DNA of 64,000 bases from an uncultured archaeon (GTDB taxonomy: Archaea > Asgardarchaeota > Lokiarchaeia > Sigyniarchaeales > SOKP01). Numbering within the stretch: position 1 is the stretch's first letter; each line of letters starts with the position of its first letter. Under the pieces are notes generated by a model. The model was given only the letters and a program-made list of their open reading frames with translations, ran no database searches and was not told the DNA's origin. A program made the translations under genes and the position numbers. The stretch covers positions 89,244 through 153,243 of the forward strand of contig CAZALK010000014.1 in the NCBI GenBank assembly GCA_964486045.1, read 5' to 3'. This document shows, piece by piece, positions 52,896-61,810 of the stretch.

Positions 52896-54467
52896 ATTAA
52901 ACTAAAACTTGAATCATTAGATTGGAGTCTCAAACACTGTGAGCTTGAAAACCCTTACACAATTCTTTTTCCTAAACCTTTTGAGGTAAATGTAATAAAA
53001 GATAACTGGGATTCGATAAGAAATAAAATACTAAAGATAAATTTTCCGAAAGGTTGGAATATTAGAGAAGCAAGAAGAATTTTTACTCCCAAACATCATT
53101 TTGGATATAGAATTGCGACTCAATTAGATCCAATAGATGAAATTATCTACTTAGCTATAGTATATGAAATGGGTGAAGAACTTGAAAATTCAAGGATTCC
53201 TAAATTACAAAATATTATTTTCTCTAATAGATTTGCTCCTTCTACCGATGGAAAACTCTGGGATGAAGATTACAATTACAAAAAGTTTGATGAAAAAACA
53301 CAGGAATTGGTAAATTCAGGAAATTTTACATATATAGTTGAGGCAGATATTGCTGATTATTTCCCTCGTATTTACAAACACGTATTGTTTAATGCACTTG
53401 TGGAAAAGACTGGTAAGGATCAGCATCTTAAATCTTTAAAAAAATTATTAGGTGATATTTTTCAAAACGTATCATATGGTATCCCAGTTGGAAATAGTGC
53501 ATCTTTTTTACTAGCCGAGGTTATGATTGATTCAATTGATAGAAGATTAGTAGATGAGGGCTTTACTTACTGTAGATATGTGGATGATATTCGTTTATTC
53601 TGCAAAAGTGAAAAAGAAGCATACCACCACCTAGAATTCTTAGCAAGTCTTATTTTTAATAATTTAGGTTTAACCTTACAGCAACACAAGACTAAAATTC
53701 TCTCATTAGATCATTATGAAAGAATCCATACTATTTCAATAAATGCTACTCCTCCAATATCTCAAACATTCATTGATTTTTTGGAGAACGAGGTTGAATT
53801 TTCAGACCCTTACCAAATTATTGATTTTGAACAACTATCAACAGAAATTCGAACGAGATTTGATCAATTTGATTATAATGAAATAATTAATGAACAACTT
53901 TCTTTGGAGCAAAGTAATATTCGTTTAATTAGAGTAGTTCTAAATGCTCTTTCAAATACACCCAATCTTATAGCAATTCAAAATATTCTCACCCATATCG
54001 ATAAATTTTATCCAGTTATGGGTACTTTATTGCTTTATTTTTCCAAAATTAGAAAATTTGATAATAGAACTATGGTAGATTTTGGAAGTCAACTTATTAA
54101 CATCCTAAGAGATTCATATCTTGGAGAATCAAAATTCATTAGAATGTGGATTATTTATTTATTCACACAAAATAATAAATGGGGTGGAGCTGATGAATTC
54201 ATCCGCTTATACAATGCGTATAATGATGACTTTACAAAAAGGGAGTTGATTCTTGCAATGGGTAAAGCCAAGAAGACTTATTGGTTTACTGCAGAAAGAA
54301 AGGATTTTCCTACTCGTTTTACTTGCTGGGTAAGACGAGCATTTTTAAGGGCTTATAGTTGTGTAGCAGAGGATGAAAAAAAACATTGGTACGACTCAAT
54401 AAAAAGAAGGAATTTAGATTTCCTTGATGAAGCTGTTATTGATTGGGCAAAAAAAAACCCATATTAA
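52896..54467 (+). CDS. UG/Abi-class (DRT-like) reverse transcriptase with helical C-terminal domain; probable ATT start
   Basis: ADIADYFPRIY, GIPVG, CRYVDD; frame open from 52875 with family-like N-terminus SLDWSLKH...FPKPFE...TPK..FGYRIATQLDP; GGTGAT SD at 52884. Confidence 0.85.
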   Translation: MKLKLESLDWSLKHCELENPYTILFPKPFEVNVIKDNWDSIRNKILKINFPKGWNIREARRIFTPKHHFGYRIATQLDPIDEIIYLAIVYEMGEELENSRIPKLQNIIFSNRFAPSTDGKLWDEDYNYKKFDEKTQELVNSGNFTYIVEADIADYFPRIYKHVLFNALVEKTGKDQHLKSLKKLLGDIFQNVSYGIPVGNSASFLLAEVMIDSIDRRLVDEGFTYCRYVDDIRLFCKSEKEAYHHLEFLASLIFNNLGLTLQQHKTKILSLDHYERIHTISINATPPISQTFIDFLENEVEFSDPYQIIDFEQLSTEIRTRFDQFDYNEIINEQLSLEQSNIRLIRVVLNALSNTPNLIAIQNILTHIDKFYPVMGTLLLYFSKIRKFDNRTMVDFGSQLINILRDSYLGESKFIRMWIIYLFTQNNKWGGADEFIRLYNAYNDDFTKRELILAMGKAKKTYWFTAERKDFPTRFTCWVRRAFLRAYSCVAEDEKKHWYDSIKRRNLDFLDEAVIDWAKKNPY

Positions 54468-54754
54468 TTAATAAGAACCAGTAACATTGTTTAATCTTTC
54501 CTCTCATATGTGAACTCCTAACTTCACCAAAAAAGAAAAAGGAGCTTAAGTAAGTGAACGGTTGCTACATCATCCTCGATTATTAGGATGACGTATTGAT
54601 TTTTTTTCTTTGGTATACCTTATATTAATGAATTTCTCTAAATACTTTTTCTTCTTCTGATTCCTTAAAGACACCAAAAAATTCCGATCTTATATTCTTC
54701 GTCTGGATATCTAAATCTTTCAAGGATAATTTTGCAGAATGTCCCCAATGTTGA

Positions 54755-55168
54755 TCATATTAAATTTTTAGTACCGATAATTTTTAAACCCACACTCTCT
54801 ACAATGTAAATAGAATTCCCATTTTTTTTTTCATATTCAGGAGCAGTTCTTGGTAATATATGAGCTCCATTGGTTTGAGTCATATATTTTTTATTACATT
54901 TTCTACATTTTATACGAACAATGCCTTCTTCTTTATTATATGTTATTTTATCTCCGTAATAAACGAATTTTCTTGTTACAATCACTTCTCCAATATTATC
55001 TTGATTCTTTTTTCTATAACTCTTTTCAATAATGTATAGGGAATAAAGAGCAAGAAAGAAGTCAGGAAGCATCTCATAAAGCAGCAAAGTAAAAATTATA
55101 ACAATAATTAATGCATACGATATATCTCCAATTGGAGTGTTGATGCTATAAGGTATATATTTTCTCAT
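54755..55168 (-). CDS. hypothetical membrane protein
   Basis: ORF with TM segments and a CRKC. Confidence 0.4.
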   Translation of the reverse strand: MRKYIPYSINTPIGDISYALIIVIIFTLLLYEMLPDFFLALYSLYIIEKSYRKKNQDNIGEVIVTRKFVYYGDKITYNKEEGIVRIKCRKCNKKYMTQTNGAHILPRTAPEYEKKNGNSIYIVESVGLKIIGTKNLI

Positions 55169-55347
55169 TCATTTAAGATTAACTATTTTATTAAAAAATC
55201 TCTAAGATTGAGCAGAGGAAATTGACTAAATATAAAAGTAAGAATTGAAATTAAGAAAAAATAACTAGATGCCCATACAGATATCATCACTATTTCGTAT
55301 TATGTTGTTCGGTTAAATTTAACCTTGTATTTTTCCAACTTCACGAG

Positions 55348-55746
55348 TCAATATAAAAAATGAATAATGGGAAACAAGGTAAATACTATAATGATTGTAA
55401 TACCCATTATCATAAACAGTAGACCAGGTGTTGACCAAAGGAATATTGAAAAAACAAAGCCCATAAATATTGTAAAGAGATCGCTTATTAATATGATTAT
55501 TTGATGAGCAAGCACATGTTTATTGCCTAGTTTTGCACGAGAAATCAATACACACCCTATAATAAATGAAAAAATTAACGGGTCAGTAAAATTATTTCCC
55601 CCTATATATGCTATCAACCACATAAAAAATCCAAAGTTAATAATTATGATCCCTCGTAGTAATGTATCCCTCGGTTTTATAAACGGCTTTAATGGTTCTC
55701 CTGTTTTAGATGAAATTGGTTGTCCCAACTTTTTAGTACTTTTCAA
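55348..55746 (-). CDS. hypothetical 4-TM protein
   Basis: TTG start with GGAGGAG SD; four hydrophobic segments. Confidence 0.6.
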   Translation of the reverse strand: MKSTKKLGQPISSKTGEPLKPFIKPRDTLLRGIIIINFGFFMWLIAYIGGNNFTDPLIFSFIIGCVLISRAKLGNKHVLAHQIIILISDLFTIFMGFVFSIFLWSTPGLLFMIMGITIIIVFTLFPIIHFLY

Positions 55747-56344
55747 GTTCTACTCCTCCATAATAATTTATAATATTATAAAGGATTTAAAATAATTTTT
55801 TATTTAAAAACTCACCTAATAAAAGATAGTTATTATGACAATTGACTCAGAAGATTCAAAACCAATTTTTGTCCCCGAAATAGAACTGATAAAATGTCCA
55901 CTGGTTAATTTATGTACCCTTCCAAAACATAGATTTCTATGCAAAGTTCCCGATTGTTGAGTGCTCTGCACTGAATATCTCTCTAAAGTGAAAAAAATTA
56001 AGGAACACACAGATTTCTGAGGGTGCCTATTCCCATTATTTTTTAAAATATTAATATATAAAGGTATTTGATATCTAATGCTTATAAAGTGAATAACCCA
56101 ACTAATTTATTTTTTTAATGAAAATCATAATCTCTTTCCAACTAAGTATTGTTCTAGTGAATTTTTTTCTTACATTGGTTCTATTAACTCTCCCGAGATA
56201 AAGAACAAAGCTTTAGATTTGACTCCTATTGCTTTTTATTATACTTACTATAATTATTATGAAATTTCAGAATAATTTGAAGTTTTAAGGGTTAACATAT
56301 CTTGACTTCTATATCTTTCATCTAGCACCCTCTCAAATTTATAA

Positions 56345-57044
56345 CTAGGTGGTGTAATATAAACTCCTCTTAAAAAACACGATAATTAGAATTCCGATAA
56401 TAATGGAGAGAAACATTATTGGGGGATAATAAGTTGGAATAAACATAAATCTACGCCCTACACCTGGAACGATAATTAACTTAAGTCCAGACGAAGAAGA
56501 GACTGATTTTCTCGTTAGTAGCCCAGTCGTGATGTCCCACTCATATCTTACATCAAGAATATTATTATATTTTAAATTCAGCTCCGCTATGTCATTACCT
56601 ATGCTAGAATTTACATAAATAGAATGAATGAGATTCTCCAGTAGAGTGGTTTGTCCAAATAAAAGTTCAAAAAAATTGGTTCCGTTGACGGCAATTGGTA
56701 AAATTAGGAGATGATAATCACATATAAAATTTGCTGACAGAAATTGCAACGTCTCCCTCAAGGCTGATCCCAAAATCTAATCTGTCTCCTTCAAAAAAAC
56801 TGAAGTTATTACCTGGAATTGAATGCACCTGTATTTGAATATCCCCTCCTGGACTATTTATCCCCCCAACTAAATCCCCATCAGGATATAATCCAGTGTC
56901 TGAAAATTGGTTTAGAGTAGATTTCCAATTGAATATTGAAGTGGAGACTGATGAGCTCCATTCGGTAGAACCTTCAACAAACATTATCAACTGAGATGTT
57001 AAAATCCCAGATATCACTATAAAGATACAATAAGTTCTTTTCAT
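56345..57044 (-). pseudogene. secreted/membrane-anchored protein split by a frameshift
   Basis: Signal-peptide ORF 56718-57044 overlaps C-terminal-TM ORF 56345-56773. Confidence 0.5.
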
Positions 57045-57082
57045 AAAGAATCTTTTAATAATAACATAATAGCTGTTTCACA

Positions 57083-57559
57083 TTATATATGCTGCAAGTC
57101 TAATTGAGGTTTTATAATCGCTTTTTTCTTGAAATAATAACTCTTAATAACTTGACTTCCAACAGCACCACCAATTGCCCCACCTAAAATAGTCGGAAGT
57201 GACTGACTTACGAAGAAAATTATTGGAATGAAGATAATTGGATATCTTAAAGTCATAGCTAATACCATTCCTATTACACCACTTAACACTCCTCGTTTCA
57301 TATTTTCATTAAGTAAACCAGCAGTAGTTCCACCTATAAATCCAAATAAAAAATAGGAAAAAAAAGATATAAGATCAAAGGAAAAAGTGAAACCAATGTA
57401 AAAATTAACAGAAATCATTTCATATAAAATTGCAGAGCCAAAAATACCAAGTATAAGATTTTTATCATAAGATCTTCGATAAACACCATAAAGAAGTAAG
57501 ACAATAAAAACTATGGTAACCGGAATAATGAGAAGAAAATCCAAGGATATTGTAGTCAT
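57083..57559 (-). CDS. hypothetical Gly-rich membrane protein
   Basis: About 5 TM segments, GxxxG motifs. Confidence 0.6.
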   Translation of the reverse strand: MTTISLDFLLIIPVTIVFIVLLLYGVYRRSYDKNLILGIFGSAILYEMISVNFYIGFTFSFDLISFFSYFLFGFIGGTTAGLLNENMKRGVLSGVIGMVLAMTLRYPIIFIPIIFFVSQSLPTILGGAIGGAVGSQVIKSYYFKKKAIIKPQLDLQHI

Positions 57560-57641
57560 TTTTGAGATTAAAGATTGCCGTGAGATTTTTTTGATTAAGA
57601 GCTGGAATTCAACATTAATATATAAAGGTATTGGATATCTA

Positions 57642-57750
57642 ATGGAGTGGAACCGAACGTTCGGTGGAACCTCTAAAGATTACGGAAGGGGTATTGCATT
57701 GAATTCGGAAGATGATATATATATCACGGGGTACACCGAAAGTTTTTATT
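57642..57750 (+). pseudogene. beta-propeller (SBBP-type) repeat fragment
   Basis: EWNRTFGGTSKDYGRGIALNSEDDIYITGYTESF, a single isolated blade. Confidence 0.55.
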
Positions 57751-58542
57751 TTAGTAGAAATCATTTACCTCATATTTTTCACGATGATTAAGATCCATTT
57801 TGATTAACATTAAAGAACATTTTCTAAATTTAGTTTCAGCAATTAGAGAGTGGGATTTATCCTTTGTTATCTGAATATTTCCTATATCAATAAATAAATT
57901 AGCTTCCTACAATAAAGGAACTGTCTTTATTAAATTAAAACAATTTGATAAAACTGAAATAAATTTAGTTTGAACTGTTTGAAACAAAACCGTGGATAAC
58001 AACGGTAAAAGAGCTCTTTCCATTTGAGAATATTGAAATACCTTACCCTTTAGAATCAATGGAAGGAAGTGTATTAGTTGAGACGACTTCTAAGACTTAT
58101 GGGAAAATTTTCTCTCGAACTTTGAAATATTCTGCAGAAAAAAAATAACACAATTCCAATGAAGGACCACACCTAACGCTAAATATTCGTCCATTTAGGC
58201 TTTGTCATTCTATTGTATGCATGTTGTCTTGATAATTGCCTTTCCACTAATCTTTTGGGATTTATTTTTAATGACATTTAGTTATCACCTTTTTTAAAAA
58301 TTAATATTACAATATTTTTCTCTAAACCATTTATTTAATTTTCAAATTTAAGTTATCAATAATTGTTATATATTCAATTATCTTTTAAGATCCTTGAAGT
58401 ATAAGGTGAAATATCTTGATCTTAAGCATTGCAAGCGGATTATTAATTTAGTTGATTTTATCCATTTCAAAAAAGTCATGGAGTACTATAGTCGAAATAA
58501 AGAATAAAAAATATTTGTTTAACAGAAATTAAACGATAATAA

Positions 58543-58989
58543 ATGAAATTTATGGTCCAGAAAGAAAATAGAATAGGATTGATTCAAGTTATAATTGGTT
58601 TAGTTTTATTAATTCTAGCTATAATTTGGTATATGGCATTGTTTATAGACATAGGATTTTGTATATTTAGCTGCGATATTCTAATATTATTTTTAGGTGC
58701 TCTTGGATTATTGTTTATAATTATTGGTATTCATTCTTTACTACCCACTCCTCTAATGAAAGGATTATTAATATTGATTATAGGGTCATTATTAACAGGT
58801 GTAGGTTTATTTTTTACAAGATATTTACTCTTAAATTTTAGAATCTTAAAATTATCAGGTAAATCAATCTTTGTTTATTGGACAATTATTCTGACAATTA
58901 TCGGAATCTTAATATTGACATATGGAATTATAGAAATCAAGAGAAAAGTTTCCACAAGAATTAATAAAACAAGTACTCTCAGCGATTAA
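58543..58989 (+). CDS. hypothetical 4-TM protein (module B)
   Basis: KENR...IIWY...LGLL...MKGL...GLFFT.YLL...YWTI shared with the C-half of 46844-47734. Confidence 0.7.
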   Translation: MKFMVQKENRIGLIQVIIGLVLLILAIIWYMALFIDIGFCIFSCDILILFLGALGLLFIIIGIHSLLPTPLMKGLLILIIGSLLTGVGLFFTRYLLLNFRILKLSGKSIFVYWTIILTIIGILILTYGIIEIKRKVSTRINKTSTLSD

Positions 58990-59062
58990 TCTTAAAGCTT
59001 TAAAAAGAATTTAAATTATTTTTATACCTGTTAGCCCATTCATTCTATTAGGATTAGTTAAA

Positions 59063-59686
59063 ATGAAAGAAAAAAAAGATGAAATTGAGAAAATAAAGAA
59101 TTTTAGAAGACAGTATAACAATACCCACGCAACTGATTACGATGATATGGAGCATGACGATAATCTTCTCGAAGAGATTGAGGGTTTTATCAAATTAGTA
59201 AAAGTAAAAGCTGGACAAGTTGTTCTAGATATCGCAACGGGTACAGGAAGATATTTGATTCAGATGGCAAAGTTAGGAGCTTTATGTTATGGTATTGATC
59301 AATCTCCAAAAATGCTCAAGGTTTTGAGTCAAAAGATTAAAAAGGAGAATTTCGAAAGAAATATTAAAAAGATAAGTGTAGACGCAGCTGATAGTTTACC
59401 CTACCCTAGTTACTTTTTTGATTGGATTACTTGTATAGGAATGTTTGAATACTATCCGTTAGAATATGTAAAAATAGTTTTATCTGAGATAGTAAGGGTA
59501 ATCAAACAAAATGGATATATTTTCATAGATATAGCTGACCCTCTCAAAAAATATGCTCAAAAAAGAGACTGGATATTTAGTTATGATTTAAAGAAGTTTG
59601 AAACAATAGTGGGTGCTGTTGGATTAAAAATATTAACAACTAATCGTGCTGGATATATGCTTCAATATCTTCTGTCAAAAATATAG
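59063..59686 (+). CDS. class I SAM-dependent methyltransferase
   Basis: VLDIATGTG, GIDQSPKML, LPY...FD. Confidence 0.88.
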   Translation: MKEKKDEIEKIKNFRRQYNNTHATDYDDMEHDDNLLEEIEGFIKLVKVKAGQVVLDIATGTGRYLIQMAKLGALCYGIDQSPKMLKVLSQKIKKENFERNIKKISVDAADSLPYPSYFFDWITCIGMFEYYPLEYVKIVLSEIVRVIKQNGYIFIDIADPLKKYAQKRDWIFSYDLKKFETIVGAVGLKILTTNRAGYMLQYLLSKI

Positions 59687-59818
59687 CTTCTTTTGATTGC
59701 TCCTTTTATTAGGAGGATTAAAATTAAAAAAAATAAAATGTAGTAATAATACCGATCTTTCAGGCAGATTATTTTTTAAAATGCAAGGAATTAAATAATT
59801 AAGGCGTATATAATGCAT

Positions 59819-59997
59819 AGACAAAGATTTAAAATCAAATATGATGTTCACTATCCGCCCCTGGATTTTTGTCTTTTGGTAGTGTAACTTGTTACACTTA
59901 CAATTTCTCACCCTTATATTGGTTTGTCTCTTATTGAGACTCTGGGTAGTGAGCATCACCCTTAATATTTTCAAAGTTAGGGGTATTAAAGACTCAG
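59819..59997 (+). ncRNA. unassigned structured ncRNA, copy 1
   Basis: 15-bp P1 (59842-56/59944-58), 13-bp pseudoknot stem (59819-31/59862-74), internal hairpins, 3' hairpin; covaries with copy 2. Confidence 0.75.
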
Positions 59998-60106
59998 AAT
60001 TTTTTAGGAGCTTATTTATTTTCAAAAGAGAATTTTTTATTCCAGGTGTTTAGTAATTGTTTTTAAAAAACAAGCAAATAAATAGGCATCATATTTTTAG
60101 TATAAT

Positions 60107-60288
60107 AGACAAGGATTTACAAACAAACATGGTGTTCACTGCTTAACCCTGGATTTTTGTCTTTTGGTAGTGCGGTTAGCTGCACTCTCAATCTTTCTCA
60201 CCCTATTTATTGGTTTTGTCTCTTATTGAGACCATGGGCAGTGATCACCACTTTTTATAACTTCCACAAGGTGTCATGAAAGATTCGG
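60107..60288 (+). ncRNA. unassigned structured ncRNA, copy 2
   Basis: 16-position P1 (60130-45/60235-50), pseudoknot stem (60107-19/60150-62), same hairpins with compensatory changes. Confidence 0.75.
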
Positions 60289-60327
60289 TTAAGAAGAACT
60301 AATAAAAATAGAAAGAGTAATCCAACA

Positions 60328-60534
60328 TTACTGGAGATTTTTCCTTTTCCACCTTTCTAAATAATACTTAAATACGGTATCATCAATCCCTAAAGAATTT
60401 GTTCCCCCATCGTTTGATTTTTTGGTAGTTACTCGTTTTGGTCGAAGGGATTGCTGCCAGTCATAATACGATTTTGGTTTCTCCATCAAGAAAAACACAA
60501 GTATCTTAATAATTAAATCAGAAGACTCCGACAA
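60328..60534 (-). CDS. small hypothetical protein (may start at an internal Met, MEKPKSYYDW)
   Basis: Last gene of a - strand three-gene run. Confidence 0.5.
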   Translation of the reverse strand: MSESSDLIIKILVFFLMEKPKSYYDWQQSLRPKRVTTKKSNDGGTNSLGIDDTVFKYYLERWKRKNLQ

Positions 60535-60564
60535 ATTTTAAGAATAAGCATATTCATAAAAGAA

Positions 60565-60891
60565 TTATAATTTATACTCAAGGTTGGTCAATTTCTCAAG
60601 TGATTTAATTTTGTCCGAGCCTTTTTCGATATTTTGCCCATTGATCAACATTCCTGATTTTGAAAATGTGTATACTCTAAAGATTTCGCCATAATCCAAT
60701 AATATCGCATAATAATCATTATGAGATTCTTTGACCGCTCGTTGAGGTAAGGGACCACCTAGAGATACTTTTTTTTCTTCCTTTACCCTTAAGACTCTGC
60801 AAGTTAAAGGCCGTTTTTCACGATACTCTTTTTTGGCAAACTTAACGACCTTTTTTAATCCATATCTATTGCTTAATTGCTTCCGAGTCAT
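60565..60891 (-). CDS. small basic hypothetical protein
   Basis: 108 aa, K/R-rich N-half, beta-rich C-half; GAGTG SD. Confidence 0.65.
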   Translation of the reverse strand: MTRKQLSNRYGLKKVVKFAKKEYREKRPLTCRVLRVKEEKKVSLGGPLPQRAVKESHNDYYAILLDYGEIFRVYTFSKSGMLINGQNIEKGSDKIKSLEKLTNLEYKL

Positions 60892-60921
60892 GACACACTC
60901 ATAAATTACTATAAACAGTTC

Positions 60922-61353
60922 TTAACTATATGATTTGATTAAGTCACCGACAGCTTTAAACTCTGAGATTATCCACTTTATAATTTTTACTATTACCTGC
61001 CAAAACCCTTTTTCTTTAATCGCAGCAAATAGTTGTTTTAAATCATAAAAAGGCAACCCAATCCGAGTATATTGCAATCGTGCTTTTTCAAACCCTAATT
61101 TTAACAAGTGAACATTGACTACTTCCCGAATAATGGGTGCAGTAATTAACCTCAAGTTTGCTCCTATTAAAAATCGAACTACTTGTTCAGTAACAGTTTT
61201 GGAATCCTCTTTCGATATTTCTGTTTCTCTTCTAAGTGATTGATAAATAAATTCCGGATTAAAAACATATTCCCCTTTTCGAGTTCGGACCAATGGTAGA
61301 AACTTGGTGAAATCACGGTCTTTTCGATCTTTTGTGCTTGATTCAATCGTCAC
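60922..61353 (-). CDS. stand-alone ATP-cone protein (NrdD N-terminus-like)
   Basis: VRTRKG...FNPEFIYQSLRRET...ITAPIIREVVNVHLL..G.E.AR.QYTRIGLPFYD. Confidence 0.8.
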   Translation of the reverse strand: MTIESSTKDRKDRDFTKFLPLVRTRKGEYVFNPEFIYQSLRRETEISKEDSKTVTEQVVRFLIGANLRLITAPIIREVVNVHLLKLGFEKARLQYTRIGLPFYDLKQLFAAIKEKGFWQVIVKIIKWIISEFKAVGDLIKSYS

Positions 61354-61461
61354 AAGTACCGTTATTTGTAAAAATATATAAAAGAAAAATCTAAGATTTT
61401 TTTATTTATAAATATTCCTTTCAATATGAAGACAAAAATAGAATAAAATTATGGGAGAAAA

Positions 61462-61810
61462 ATGAGTCATAAACAAATAACTGATCCTCTACAAAAGAAA
61501 GCTATCGACGATTTACAGAAAATGAAACTACATTTTGATGTCGAATTTAAGGTTAAGAATGGAAATATAAAAGAGCTTTTCTTTTGGCAGAATTGGATTG
61601 ATAAACTTCCTGATAAGGCTCAAATTCATGTTTTCCGTCATAATTGTACCCAATATTAAATACATAATAAATTCCATCGTTATCGTTATCAGGGGTTAAG
61701 ATAAACACGGTTTCGTAAAATCCATTACCATCCGAATCGTAATAGAGATAATGACCATCCATCTTTCCTTCCTCCTTAGTAAAGGCATCTTTTTCAGATG
61801 TGTAATACAC
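61462..61810. pseudogene. junction of two gene fragments: LRR-protein-like N-terminus (+) and acidic DxDxDG-type fragment (-)
   Basis: KNGNIKELFFWQNWIDKLPD ends abruptly; opposite strand YYDSDGNGFYETVF...DNDNDGIYY. Confidence 0.4.

Noticed and set aside
54567-54596. Hairpin downstream of the RT as part of an RT-associated ncRNA
   Set aside because: The - strand reads QYVILIIEDDVATVHLLK, a receiver-domain-like coding remnant; a single hairpin without further support
59675-60025. 116-aa - strand ORF over ncRNA copy 1
   Set aside because: Copy 2 differs by frame-breaking indels while conserving base pairing, so the constraint is on RNA structure rather than coding
59819-60288. CRISPR array or tRNA interpretation of the repeats
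   Set aside because: Only two long diverged units, no repeat-spacer periodicity, no cloverleaf or T-loop
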